Assembly (NCBI GenBank): GCA_964016885.1
Contig: OZ024744.1
Location: 69,068,001-69,132,000 of the forward strand
DNA length: 64,000 nucleotides
Source of the DNA: Eledone cirrhosa
Lineage: Eukaryota
Direction of reading: 5' to 3'
Of the stretch, positions 15,116 through 31,317 are shown one piece after another (the stretch's first letter is position 1; every line of letters starts with the position of its first letter). Under the pieces are notes generated by a model. That model saw only the letters and a program-made list of their open reading frames with translations, did no database searches and was not told the DNA's origin. Position numbers and translations under genes: made by a program.

Positions 15116-15410
15116 TCTTTGACGGGAATGTAGTAGTACATTATAAGCTTTCGCCCCCTCACCAGATGGTCATAAGTAGACCGAATGGCCAACACTTGAG
15201 GGCGACCAACTAAGGTAGAAGATGCTAGATGGTCGGTTGTCCTCTTGTTTATTTTTTTCAGCCCCATGGATTTTGTCAGTTATATTCCTTTGTTATATTT
15301 CGAATACCTGATGATATCACCTGATTCATACGGAACCCAGTCATTGAAATGATCATAGTATAATAAACCTTTCAAGGATTTACACAAGTCCAGCCTCTTG
15401 TTATTTTATT
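13570..15410. mobile_element. Element with ~400-450-bp inverted arms, each carrying an HHR and a (GAAA)n tract
   Basis: 13570-14010 is the reverse complement of 15030-15410, and the right end runs into (TA)n. Confidence 0.75.
15304..15361 (+). ncRNA. Hammerhead ribozyme motif; inverted copy at 13609-13666 (-)
   Basis: ATAC-CTGATGA-[31-nt helix II region]-GAAA-TGATCA-TA-GTAT, with palindromic TGATCA. Confidence 0.65.
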
Positions 15411-16177
15411 ATATATATATATATTGACTTATGTTTCGTCACTATATATATATATCTGGGACTTGACTCCTTCTTCCTCACTTTTCGTTGCATTACCATC
15501 TTTGTTTGTTTACTGTCTCGCTCGTTCCCCCTATTTACGTGTCCCAATGACTTTCTTTAGCCGTTGCTCGCACCAACCAGAGGTATATGGTCTTTAAAGC
15601 GATGAAATACCAATGAAGCTTGGAAGATCACTGATGAAGAACTAAATTTATTCATATGTAACCCATTTGCAACCACGCAGCACGCCATGTTTTCATATTC
15701 ATATATATTTTCCTCCGCTGTGACCCGTCTGTTTCTTTCTTACTGCTTCGCCTTTTCTCTGTATCTCTCACTTCCTTTACCCCCTCTACCAGTCACTCTC
15801 TCTGTTAGCCTCTTCCTCACACTTTCACTCACTCACTCACTCACTGCTACTCCCTCTCCTACTTCCTCCCGTTTGACCTGTGCGAGATTTTTTCCTCACT
15901 CACACCTTTGCTCACTATAAAAGCTTCACGGCACAGGCATTGCTTTATATCTGGAGATCTCTCTGCACTTGTCGTCACATGGTACCATGGGCCCAGCACT
16001 ATGTGTCAATAATTGTCACAGGTGTAGTGTTTGTACCAGAGTTTTCAAGTCGCTGGCTGGACTAAAAAGTCACACTCGTTCAGCGCATCGGTAAGGGTTC
16101 TCCTACATGGATATAAAGTAGTGGCCGTACTCGAAAACGAGTTGGCAGCCACCATGTGTGTTTGTATGTATATGTAT

Positions 16178-16208
<31 letters not shown>

Positions 16209-16219
16209 ATATGTGTATG

Positions 16220-16317
<98 letters not shown>

Positions 16318-16834
16318 AGTGTGTGTATGTATATATATATATGTATATATCTATGAGTGGGGGGGGGGGCATGTGTGAGTGTGTGTGTTTGTGAATGTGT
16401 CTGTTGACATTTGGAATATAGCTTAAGAGAAACTTGAAGATAATGGTATGATAGGCACTCAATATTTTGAACTGGTCTATAGAATTCTCTAGGCCTTTGT
16501 CACTCTAAGTAGAACCTTAAAGAATTAGCTTTTAAAGAATTTCCCTTTTCTTTAAATCCATCAACCATGACTGACCCCCAACGATCTTATAGACACCTGA
16601 AATATAGGCATTGTTAGCTTAAGAGAAACTTAAAAATAAGGAGTGTCACACCATTCTGAACTTGTTTATAGAATTCTTTCTGCCTTTGTTACTCTAAATT
16701 TAAATTATAGCTTTAAAGAATTAGCTTTTAATGAATTCTCTTTTCTATCAACCAATGACTTCTACCCATCCCACTCCCTACCCTCTCCTACCACCTGAAG
16801 AGGCCTATAAATACCACTTTTATTTTTTGATACC

Positions 16835-16885
16835 AGATTCCTGATGATTTCTAAAGAATGAAACAGTTCTAGTCCTGTAGAATCT
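16835..16885 (+). ncRNA. Type I hammerhead ribozyme with a full helix III
   Basis: AGATTC-CTGATGA-TTTC(taaa)GAAT-GAAA-CAG(ttctagtc)CTG-TA-GAATCT, followed by (TA)n. Confidence 0.8.
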
Positions 16886-16889
16886 CACC

Positions 16890-16994
<105 letters not shown>

Positions 16995-17269
16995 TAAAAC
17001 ATGTCTATAGAATCACTAGAGAAAATATATACCGTTTCCTCTCCCAATTAGCATAATTAACCATATAAAAATCAATTAGACCAAGCTATAAGAATAAAGG
17101 CTCCTATGAAGAAAACTCCGACAATTAACCGAAAGCAGCCCCTTCGCGGTGGTTACGACGGAGTATTTATCGAACATTTCTACAACATGTATAAATCGAC
17201 CAGATATACAGTCAACTAAACAGAATTAGGTGTAAAATAAACTTGAAGAAATGTGTACATATTTAATTA

Positions 17270-17345
17270 CCTCTACCATGGTTTCGTCCGCATTTTAAGA
17301 CATCCGATAACATAGGATATCTAGAGCTTCGGATTCATCAGGAAG
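17270..17345 (-). ncRNA. Hammerhead ribozyme motif with a long helix II
   Basis: CTTC-CTGATGA-ATCCG...CGGAC-GAAA-CCATGG-TA-GAGG. It lies between ~115-bp direct repeats (about 16991-17107 and 17689-17805). Confidence 0.7.
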
Positions 17346-17551
17346 TTAGCTCAAATTTAGACAATTAATTTTCCAAAGTGATCGCGCCAAGAATGCATTC
17401 AAAAATGGCTGAGAATCGTGACGTGGCAGCGGTCGAGTTAGAAAGGATGTGATTAGTTGCTTACGGTTAGTAGGCTTATTGCTAGAAAGCGCAGCCCAAT
17501 ACAGCCAAATTGTTCCTCAACCTAACGGGAGATTATTACATATAAAGGTTT

Positions 17552-17630
<79 letters not shown>

Positions 17631-17800
17631 GCAACGGGTCACTTTGTGGCTCAATGAAGAATGAATAATTAAATAATCAGAGCTATATATCATAAAACAT
17701 GTCTATAGAATCACTAGATAAAATATATACCGTTTCCTCTCCCAATTAGCATAATTAACCATATAAAAATCAATTAGACCAAGCTATAAGAATAAAGGCT

Positions 17801-17859
<59 letters not shown>

Positions 17860-18381
17860 TAAAATAACAGATTAAAGTTTAAGCAAATAATCGCTGCTTT
17901 CACCCTTAACGGGATCTTCTGAAACTAAAAAAAATCAATCTGTGGACGCAGAAGTAAATATTTCGAAAAACGTTGCAACCGAAGGAAAACATCTAGATGA
18001 TACTTTGTTTCGTGAACACGTTCCCTGGCAATGAACGGAAAATAGCGAAGATAATACGTCAGCAATGATAACAATTTTTGTCATAATGTCGTAATGCAGA
18101 CAGATATTATAAGGGCACGACGTTATTGCTATGTATCTATCTAAAAAGACAGACTAAGAAAGAGAGAGAGAGATCGTTAACCGGCGCCTAACACCCCTTT
18201 AACAACAGAAAATTGAAAAATAAAAGCTGCAGTTAATATTTTATGCAAGTTTGAAGTCAATCGGAGTAGAAATGTAGATTTGTATAGACTTTGCAAACAT
18301 TAGGACACACACACAGATAACTTTAGTTTTATATATATGTGTGTATATATATATACCATATATATATATATATATATATAT

Positions 18382-19733
<1,352 letters not shown>

Positions 19734-19749
19734 ATGTATATGTATATAT

Positions 19750-19807
<58 letters not shown>

Positions 19808-19960
19808 CACAGAAAAAAAGAGAATCAGTGTTGTGACGAATGGAATTTATTGGAATATTAAAATCGTTTCTCTGCCGACCAGCTCGAGCAACGAACGATG
19901 TGATGACGAACGATGTGATGATCGAACCTGACTCATATTGTTTCAATATGTTTATTTTAA

Positions 19961-20006
<46 letters not shown>

Positions 20007-20590
20007 CAATCAATTTCTAGTTGATATAAAATGCTCGGATCTATTCATTGGAATCTTGGAGCATATTTCACAGTGGATATGGCGCATGTCTCTCTGACAT
20101 GACACCCTTAATTTAATTTAAAATTTAGATATATATAAATATGGCCCCTTAATTGTAGAGCTAACTCAGTTGAAAGGACTTGACTGCTATTTCTAGTTGT
20201 CGATAACCCTATTCACGCCACTGGTACGAAGCTGGCGCGATGTGTGTATTTGTATTAAATGAAACACGTGCTAATAGTTAGTCACAGATTTGAATTTAAT
20301 GTGTAAACACAGATAGTTAAGTCTTCTTCCTTGTTGAAAATTCAGGATTTGGCTACTGTCGTTTAACAATCGATTAATTGGTGAAATATATTTCTTTAAT
20401 GAAATATATACAAGGAAGATTAATCAATTTATGAGGTATCTATTTTTAAAGTTCTAGTTAAACTTTAAATAGTTACCCACATAGCTGTGTGTGCTTACAC
20501 ACTTTTACAGATTATCCCCTGTGATTGTTTCATATGTTTATTTTAGATATATATATATGTCAATCAATTTCTATATATATATGTCAATCA

Positions 20591-20654
<64 letters not shown>

Positions 20655-21165
20655 TTATGAAAAAATGATGAGTTTCGTTTCTGTCACGTTCATCACACAG
20701 ATCGTACTAGGTGACCTATAGAAGCTTTAGACCCGACTCCACCATCGATCTGCTCGTCAGACATGAGGATTCAACAAAACAGAGGCAATCATCTGTGAAA
20801 CGTACATAAAGGGTCGATAGTAAACAAAAACATATAAATGGAACCCCTATTGGTGCCCCACCAATAATTCACTGAAGAGTATAAAGACTCTTTATACGTA
20901 TCTGTACTACTTACCTTAATTATGACTGTTGTTATTATTACTTTTACTATTTATAAAAAATATACATGTATGTGTGCAGGTGCACACCACTGTGTGTCCC
21001 CCGCGCCTCCATATATGTCCATGTGTATGTTTGTATATACGTGTATATAGGCACGCACACACACATACACACATGTGTGTATGTATATGTATATGTGTGT
21101 GTGTGTGTGTGTGTAAGCATATGTGTATATACTTATGTGCGCATGTGGGTTTGTGTGTTTGTATG

Positions 21166-21211
<46 letters not shown>

Positions 21212-21582
21212 TGTACGGGTATGTGCGCCTCTCTATGTCTGAAGGATACACACACCCGCATAGCTACCCCACCAATTTCGCCACAATACATACATACGCC
21301 CACACACAATAAATAGGGCCGATGTTTATATATATAAATTTTCATCTCAAATTATATTTTTGTTGTTGTCACATACATCACCAGTCTGAGGAGCAGATCG
21401 ATAATGGAATCGGGTCCATAACGCTTATGGGTGACTTTGAGCCAATCCTCTGCGAAACGCACTACACAATAAATATCTTTTATATGTAAATAAAACTTCC
21501 TCATTTTTTCTATTATATACACTCTGCCTGTACATAGAGTGCTTGATTTGGTACCAATACCAGTAATTCACTGTACTACCTA

Positions 21583-21638
<56 letters not shown>

Positions 21639-21959
21639 CGTGTACCGAAAGGATACCCAAGATTAATTGTGAAATAAAGAATTTAGATGGTAGCCCATTT
21701 GTTGAATAAGATTAATGTTAATTATGCTTGGTAGAGTAGTGGATAAAATGCTTTACGGCATAGAGTTACAACCCTTTACGTTCTTATTTCAAATCTCGTA
21801 GGAGTTAGCTTTACTTTTCGTCTTTACAGGGTCGATAAAATAAATTACCAGTAACGTACTGAGGTCTATTTAATCGACTATCTCCTCCAGAGATAATAGA
21901 ATGTTTTACCTTTCTAAAATTTTATTTGTATTTCAATAACCTATTATGAAAGAAAATAA

Positions 21960-23245
21960 TACACACACACACAAACGCAGTCTCTATGTTTCTCACATAC
22001 ACACACACACATAGACACATACATACACAGATAGTCTTTCTGTTTCTCTCTTTCTCTCTCTCTCTCTCACACATACACATGCTCATACACTCAAACACAG
22101 TCTCTGTTTCTCCAACCCCCCCTCCACACACACTCTCAGTTTCGCATACTCACACATACATACACACACACACTCACAGTCTTTGTGTTTCTCACATACA
22201 CACACACACACACTCACATACACACACTCACATACACACACTCACATACACACACTCACAGTCTCTAAATTTCTCACACACACACACACACACAGTCTCT
22301 GTGTTTCTCTCACACACACACACTCACAGTCTCTGTGTCTCACACACAGTCTCTGTGTTTCTCACACACACACTCACACACACAGTCTCTGTGTTTCTCT
22401 CACACACACACACACACTCACAGTCTCTGTGTCTCACACACAGTCTCTGTGTTTCTCACACACACACACACAGTCTCTGTGTTTCTCCCACACACACACA
22501 CAGTCTCTATGTTCCACACACACACATACACACAGTCTCTGTGTTTCTCACACACACACACACTCAAACACATACAGTCTCTGTGTTTCTCTCACACACA
22601 CACACACACAGTCTCTGTGTTTCTCACACACACACACAGTCTCTATGTTTCTCACACACACACACAGTCTCTATGTTTCTCACACACACACACAGTCTCT
22701 GTGTTTCTCACACAAACACACACACAGTCTCTGTATTTCTCACACACACACAATCTTTGTGTTTCTCTCTCTCACACACACACACATACACAGTCTCTGT
22801 GTTTCTCACACACACACACACATACTCACAGTCTCTCTGTTTCTCTCTCACACACACACAGTCTTTGTGTTTCTCACACATGCACACACACTCACAGTCT
22901 CTCTCTGTTTCTCTCACACACACACACTCACAGTCTCTGTGTTTCTCACACACATACACACACAGTCTCTGTGTTTCTCACACACCCATTCACATTCACA
23001 GTCTTTCTGTTTCTCTCAAATACACACACAGTCTCTCTGTTTCTCACGCACACACATACAGTCTTTGTGTTTCTCACACACACACAGTTTCTGTGTTTCT
23101 CACACACACACACACAGTCTCTGTGTTTCTCACACACACACACACATACCCACAGTCTCTCTGTTTCTCACACACACAGTCTCTGTGTTTCTCACACACA
23201 CACATACTCACAGTCTCTTTGTTTCTCACACACATACACTCACAC
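21960..23245. repeat. Compound minisatellite: CAGTCTCTGTGTTTCT separated by variable (CA)n
   Basis: About 35-40 units of about 25-40 bp. Confidence 0.9.
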
Positions 23246-23427
23246 ACTTACAAATACACACGTTTATCTTTATTTTTCACGTATAGCAGGTATAAAGTCT
23301 AATTTATAAGGTACATTCTTAGTTCATTAATTATTTGTTATTGTTAATTTGATTTAATTTTAGATTTGTTATATCACTTTTTGGTACAGTCTGAATTTTT
23401 ATTCAGACTGTACCAAATGCACTTTAT

Positions 23428-24367
23428 TCTATATATAAATTTCAGCGACTTCCGTCCGTCCGTCACACATTGTGTGGGTGTGTGTGTGTTTGTGTGACTG
23501 TATGTGTGTATAAAAGGAAGGAAGGGGATGGTAAAAAACTATAGCAAAACAGCGGCTGGCGTTCTATTTGCTTCGCTGTGTATCAGTGTATGTGTATGTG
23601 TGATTTTGTGTAAATGTATGTGAGTGTTTGTTTGAAAGTATATGCGTGTTTGTGTAAATGTATGTGTGTGATTGTGTGAATGTATATGTGCGTGTGTTTG
23701 TGTGAATGTATGTGTAATTGTGTGAATGTATGTATGTGAGTGTGTATTTTTGTAAGTATGTCTGTGATTGCACGTTTATACAATTGTCACCTGGTATTCG
23801 CGGCGGTTACTTTCCTAGAGCACCCGCGAAGAGTGAAAAACCGCGAATATTGGACGTGGTCTATAAATGCCTATAAACGTCAAAACATAACGTAAAATAT
23901 AGGCAGGCAAATATAGTATATAGTATATAATAATTTAGAGTTAAAAACGTGAAAAAATATATATTGACACGAAAATGCCATAAAAAATCGCGGAAGATGT
24001 TTACGATTCCGTGAATATGCAATGGCTTCCAGGAACAATCATTAGTTAGGTTCTGAGGAAAATTCCGCGCATACGGGAGTTCGCTGTATTTATCTACTCA
24101 TACATATAAGTGGATGCATATGCACATATACACACGCACACACATATACACAAGAGTGGAGTGGGTTGACTACCTCATACTACTCCTCTCTTTACGTGTC
24201 CTGCCTGCGTGAATGTATGTGTGTGTAAAAGGAAAGAGGGTTTTCTAAGTGTGTCTGTGTTTGCGCGTGTATATTTATATACTCATACATATAAATGTAT
24301 GCATATGCACGCACACACATTTACACACATATACTCATACGCGCCAACGTATGGGAAAATATTCTAG
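23428..24367 (+). mobile_element. Possible Helitron-like element with an internal MITE-like insert (about 23780-24088)
   Basis: TCTATATATAAA plus (CCGT)n at the start and CTAG|T at the end, but no clear 3' hairpin. Confidence 0.35.
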
Positions 24368-25544
24368 TGTCATTAAATCGGCTTATATTTGTATTAGGCA
24401 ACTGAATATGTCCCTTGAATGTTTTTATTGTGAATTTCAGCTTTCACTAGATTAATAACATTCAATTAAGCTAAAATAAAAAATAAAACATTTTTTATCT
24501 GAAACTAAAGTTCAATGTAAATTGTGACACTAACATACATCTACAGAAGCGGTCGCCGATCGGTGGTCCGTGAGAAAAGTTTGGTGATACGCAGAAAATT
24601 TTGGACATTATTTGCAATTTCTGTTTTATTAACAATAAAACAAAAATAATTTTCGGTTAAAATATATTTTATAACACTAAAAAATGTTTCTCCTCAGTTA
24701 AGAACTAACATCCATGAAATAATTTTACACATATATATCATATATCGACAATATGACAAACGTACACTACAGTATTGTTTAATAAAATGGAAGTTCTCTG
24801 ATAATTATTTTACAATCCCGCCGAAATTAATCCTTACGGGGTCGATGAACTAAAGCACCAGTAATGCACTGGAGTAATTGCTGTCCTTGTGCCAAAAATA
24901 GAAACAATTATTTTACAAATGTATTTATCTTTTACAAATGTATTTATCAACAGAATCCAAAACTCAATTAACATTCCAATAAGCAAAATACCCCATTTCC
25001 AATATGCCATTCTTTTTTAAAAGGCTGTGTGTGATTTCACAGACATTTAACTTCGGTGCAACAAATGGATACTGGCCTTGTTAATTGACGACCATGCCTC
25101 TTAAGTACGGAAGGATATACGAGATATTATTGAGATTGTAAATACTTTTACTGTGTGAGGCTTCCCTTTCATTGTGTATACTTTTTATTATCAAATATTT
25201 TCCTTCTTTCAATACAATCACATACATACTGAGGGCGATTGATATTTATGAAGTAACGAGACACATCAACAACCTTAATAATGTACGACATTTTCTTCAA
25301 AGCAAGTCAGATTTGCGTTGTCAGCGCCTGCAATGTATTGTATGCCAATGAGAAATGTCAGAGGTAAAGTTTCAAAGTATTTACAATCTCCATTATATAT
25401 CACTAATGAAAGTAATTAAAGAACAAAAATATATTTTTTGTTTTTTTCTTGTTGCCTTTTTTTCATTGCTACATTTCCAAATTGAATGTATTTATAATCG
25501 CGATTACATTTCTCATATTCTTATGTAATTATTATCCTCTGCTG

Positions 25545-25720
25545 TGATTTGGTAGAATCGGTAGAACGTCGGAAAACATGCTTCTACCATTGAGTACGAC
25601 CTTTTACGATCTGAGTTCAAATCCCGCCGAGGTTAGCTTTGCCTTTCATCCTTACGGGGTAGATCAAATAAAGTACCAGTAATACACTGGGGTATTAGCT
25701 TGCCTTGTGCCAAAAGCTTC
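25545..25720 (+). mobile_element. Same SINE family
   Basis: GAGTTCAAATCCCGCCGAGG...GCCTTTCATCCTTACGGGG. Confidence 0.8.
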
Positions 25721-25947
25721 AATACCTATATATATATGGAGAAGAAGTTTATGAAACGGAAATGTGGGTATAAAGAATTTATTAGGTAACAATTGTTTCT
25801 CTAGTGTATGGGTTATCTATACCTCGCTATTTGAATGATACAAAAATATTATCGTAAACCGAAGGTACACTGTAAGCAAACACACCATGTCGTCAGACCC
25901 TTTGTATTGGAATGATATGAAAATATTTTATACAAATATTTTATACA

Positions 25948-26022
<75 letters not shown>

Positions 26023-26023
<1 letters not shown>

Positions 26024-26225
26024 CGATATTAAATAAATGGAAACTATATTTATAAAACCATATTTATTTCATTATACATGTTTCAGGGATACCAAATTAA
26101 AATATGGTATGCCTTCATCAGACAAAATACAATATATAAACAGTTTTATAAATAATTTTGACGTACCCTATTAAATGCAACCATTATTTTTGGAAGCTGT
26201 CTAGTTTCCATTTATTTAATATCGT
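26023..26225 (-). mobile_element. pLTR-like fragment with 24-bp terminal inverted repeats and an HHR motif (about 26066-26129)
   Basis: CTGATGA-AGGCATACCA...TGGTATCCCT-GAAA-CATG-TA on the minus strand. ACGATATTAAATAAATGGAAACTA is inverted at about 26201-26224. Confidence 0.6.
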
Positions 26226-26330
26226 ATATCTACTCCAAAAACTTGTCGAGTGCTTTATATCAGTTATAAAATATTTACTTGTTGTATCCCAACAATTTTA
26301 AATAGAACTTTTGCATATATATATATATAT

Positions 26331-26791
26331 GAATGTAATGAATGTATGTATGTATAGCATATTTGGCAATATACCGTATGTTTGATTAAAAACATTTAGA
26401 AGACCATACGTTATCGGTTTTAAAGTAGTGACCATGTCACTTACTTCTTTTCGGCGAAAGAAGGGAGAGTAGCTAACAGTCTGTTTCACGCTGTTGGCGA
26501 TAATCAGAGCCCCGCACTCCCTGCTTTCGCCGAATATTATAGAAGCTGGATTCTTATAGAATTCCAGTAATAGTCAGAATCCAGCTTCTATAATATTCGG
26601 CGAAAGCAGGGAGTGCGGGGCTCTGATGATCGCCAACAGCGTGAAACAGACTATTAGCTGCTCTCCCTTCTTTCACCGAAAAGAAGTAAGTGACATGGTC
26701 ACTACTTTGAAACCGATAACGTATGGTCTTCTAAATTTTTTAATTAAACATACGGTATATTGCCAAATATGCTATACATACATTCATTACA

Positions 26792-26794
<3 letters not shown>
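26331..26794. mobile_element. Fold-back cassette, ~220-bp arms with a 21-nt loop, an HHR in each arm (core at 26623)
   Basis: Arms at 26331-26554 and 26576-26794. The consensus of the two arms is GCT-CTGATGA-TCGC(caaca)GCGT-GAAA-CAGACTG-TT-AGC. (TA)n on both sides. Confidence 0.8.
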
Positions 26795-26822
<28 letters not shown>

Positions 26823-26831
26823 CCATATACA

Positions 26832-26911
<80 letters not shown>

Positions 26912-26924
26912 CATGCATATACAT

Positions 26925-26997
<73 letters not shown>

Positions 26998-27047
26998 TGT
27001 ATATGGATATATATATATATGCATATATATATATATATCCATATACA

Positions 27048-27081
<34 letters not shown>

Positions 27082-27157
27082 TAAACGGAATAGAAAATGC
27101 TGACAAATTGTTCACAGTTGAAAAATGGTTTAATTAGGGTTTAATATATATATATGG

Positions 27158-27241
<84 letters not shown>

Positions 27242-27250
27242 CCATATACA

Positions 27251-27302
<52 letters not shown>

Positions 27303-27334
27303 CATGCATATATATATATTCATATACATATACA

Positions 27335-27413
<79 letters not shown>

Positions 27414-27569
27414 ATATACATATACATGCATATATGAAGTTATATCTGTACAAATACATACTGTTTAAGACTGAACCAACTTGCACCGCAGTTGTTGACT
27501 GCAGAATTCAAATATTTCAGAACCTTCCAGCAGTATCACTCCTTCCAATGGTTCCAAGAGAACATTCAG

Positions 27570-27833
27570 ATTATTCAGATTTTACGGGCAAAACCAACCG
27601 GCAAGGGACCAGAGGTAGACCCTGGGCAAGAGGGTTGGATAATATCCATAAGTTAGTCTGTTCTCGCTTGGGGATACAGCTGGATCAGCTGGAGACGTTT
27701 ACTCATGACCCGCTGGAAGGAGTGCTGTAGGACTCTGCTCACATGATTCTCTCAGGAATACGTGGACGACGAAGAAGAAGAAGAAGAAGAAGAAGAAGAA
27801 GAAGAAGAAGAAGAAGAAGAAGAAGAAGAAGAA
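27570..27833 (+). mobile_element. Probable RTE-like 3' end with a (GAA)n tail
   Basis: G.RGRP...LDNI motif followed by (GAA)21. Confidence 0.45.
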
Positions 27834-28361
<528 letters not shown>

Positions 28362-28707
28362 TCATAATTCATCTTACTCTCACATGCAACTATCATTAAT
28401 ATTATGAAGCATTTTCAGCTTCTCTGTTTTGTACATGAATCACTGACTGGCTGTTCTTCAGTCAGTCAGGACATAGTGAATCCGAATACAGATCCACGAT
28501 ATTTCATTTCTACTGCCATTTATATGCCTGAAACGATTCCCTTTATTTTTTATATATTAGGCTGTTCCTTTTGTTTCACCTCACTCTATATTGCCTTTCC
28601 AAGGCACCGTCAGAATACTAATCAGAAATTGTTTGTCAAATCGGGCCAGGCTATTACATTATGGCTTTGAATAAGGCAGCTACATCATTGCATGTGTGTA
28701 TAGAGTC

Positions 28708-29025
28708 CTGTAACTCCTGATAGAGTCGTAGGCCCGCCGTATTGACATACGGCGTTTCTTGGGATTTTAAGCCTGGCAGAGCCCATCCCTCTCTAGGCCT
28801 GAGTACAGCAGATTTTTTCCAGAGAAAGATAGAAAGTGAGAGAGAGGAAATGAGAAAGAGATATCGAAGAAGAATCGACCCCAGTACTAGACGAGTACTT
28901 TTTTTTATCGACCTCGAAAGGATGAAAAGCAAAGTTGATCTCGGCAGCATTTGAACTCAGAGAGCAAGAGCCGGAACGAACCATAAAATATTCTATTTGA
29001 CGTTCTTACGATTCTACCCATTCAC
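28708..29025 (-). mobile_element. SINE subfamily with the same central domain but a different, longer 3' tail; copies at 48792-49112 and tail only at 47855-48030
   Basis: TAACTCCTGATAGAGTCGTAGG...GATAGAAAGTGAGA joined to ATCGACCTCGAA.GGATGAAA. Confidence 0.7.
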
Positions 29026-29394
29026 CCCCTAGCTACATCATTACAAAAGTCATAATCAAGGAAATATTGATTGATTTTTTAATTTAATATACGCCCCGTC
29101 ATTTTGATGAATACTATACTATTATAGATATATGTCAAAATGTCAAAATGTTTTTAAAGTTATTTTCTGAGTAAATCAATCTTCTGTGCACCGTATTTCA
29201 AAAATGCTGCAATGTGTCATTCAAAGATGATTAGGTCAAAGTTGATTTGTCAAAATGTAGGACTAGCTGACAAAATTGGTAAAATATGCTATTTAGGTTT
29301 GCCGTGTGAAATTGTTTGACTTTCCTATGAAACAACCCGCCTTTGGTTTTCAAATAATTTTGAAAATTATCAGGAATTACGAAGAATTTAATAC

Positions 29395-29692
29395 TGGTTT
29401 TATATTTTAGGCACAAGGCAATTTGAAAGTCGATTAAATCGACCCCAGTGCATTACTGGTGTTTTATTTTATCGGCCCCGTGAGGATGAAAGACAAAGTT
29501 AATCTCGGCGGGTTTAATAATTGTTTCTACTTTTAGGCACAAGTTCAGTGCATTACTGGTACTTTATTTTATCGACCCCGTAAGGATGAAAGGCAAAGTC
29601 AACCTCGGCGGGATTTGAACTCAGATCGTAAAGGGACGTAACTATGCTGGAAAGCATGGCGTCCGACCCTCTACCGATACTGCCAATCCACC
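29395..29692 (-). mobile_element. Same SINE family (partial plus full copy)
   Basis: Aligns with 32065-32248. Confidence 0.8.
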
Positions 29693-29752
29693 GATGGTTT
29701 CTATTTTGGGCACAAAACAATTTGAAAGGAAAGACAAAATCGATTGAATCAA

Positions 29753-29864
<112 letters not shown>

Positions 29865-31194
29865 CTCCCTTTCTGACAGACTTTCTTTGAGATTTCGAGA
29901 CACGTAACCGTTGTCCTTCCGTCCTACGCCTCACAGGGCAGGTAGCAGACCCATTTCCAGTTCTTGCAGCATTGGATGGAGACTACAATATATCTTAATA
30001 TATCCTTCGAAAAAGGCCCTCTACGTAAGGCCTGTACGCAGCCATTTTTATCCCGCGCAAAGGATGATGTGATATGACTTCCTTTACTGTTTCCGGCCAT
30101 ATTGCAGTGTTTTGGATGGTCTCATTCGCGTCAGTCACGAATTTGGTACCTTTCTCAAATCCACGAAGACTATACTTTTTTAGCGGCGGCCTTTACCCGC
30201 CTCACCGTATTATATCACAGTATACGATCGCGAATACAAGCAGCCGAAATGGCGTTCTCTCGAAGGGTCTTTGGAATAACGTTACTGTGGAATTTTCACG
30301 GAGTCAGTGGGTTTCTTTTGACTGGCTTTGATATAACTTTGATAACTTTGATAGGTTTCGGCCAGTATTGGCCCAGGCCATGTCTAACTTAATAGCACCT
30401 AGTGTATTGTAACGTGAAGTTAGTAAGCGTCAGATAAACAAAAGGATCTCTGTACAAATGGTTAGTTTTACTCAATTGAACAGGTATAACTATGTAGTAC
30501 TAGAGCTGGACATGCAGGCTCTAACTCTATTAGCGTTGCTGGACATTTATAGCAAACGATTTCAGCGTTTATAGTAATTCTTTTCTGTGTGCAGCTGAAA
30601 TTTCTTTAGGAGAAATCTGATCACTGATACAATTTATTTAAAAAAATTAATATCTAGAAGAGTTGCATCAAAATATTGCATTTCGTTAAACTAGTGGAAT
30701 ATCGGATTGCTTCTTTAACAAAGTTTCAGCTTATAAGTATACCATTAGTTCCGCTATCCTTCAATTCCCAGTCGTATTGAAATAGAAAGGGGGAGTGACC
30801 ATAACTTTATACAAATCGAGTGGGAGAATTTTTTCTTCTCCAACGTCCATATATAGTTCCTTCGTTAATATATGTAGATATTTGTGTACAAGCAGTTTTG
30901 TTCGTCGTTAGACTCGCCGCAAGTCACATAGTTACAATTGCACTCTAAGGCTTCAGTTAGGGTGTTTAGGTGTCTATAAGTTTGTTTATGTTAAAACATT
31001 TGGGATACGATGAGTTCCAAGCAACTATAGCCAGCTTTAATATTCTTCTAAAGAAAATGCTTTTGATATTTATGTGTTGCGGGGATAGGTTTGGTTATCA
31101 AAGCCAAGGGATTCCACTTTATATTGAATCCAAAGAAATCTACCAATTTTATTTTTTTATCTGTCTAGCCGATTGTCTTCCTGTCTGGCAGATA

Positions 31195-31317
<123 letters not shown>

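Noticed and set aside
21986-23309. ORFs of 324-438 aa and a CRISPR-like repeat/spacer appearance
   Set aside because: The 'spacers' are just variable (CA)n, the context is eukaryotic and no cas genes are present. It is a minisatellite.
23381-23416. Perfect 16-bp inverted repeat resembling a terminator
   Set aside because: Eukaryotic context with no associated gene. Probably another tiny fold-back, but too short to assign.
24950-25400. Non-repetitive stretch as a possible host exon (also 28400-28660 and 44850-45110)
   Set aside because: No recognisable protein similarity or convincing splice-bounded open frame by eye. RNA-seq would be needed.
29920-30330. RSRIQAAEMAFSRRVFGITLL and nearby RTE-like scraps
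   Set aside because: Probably RTE debris, but too short and scrambled to delimit as a feature.
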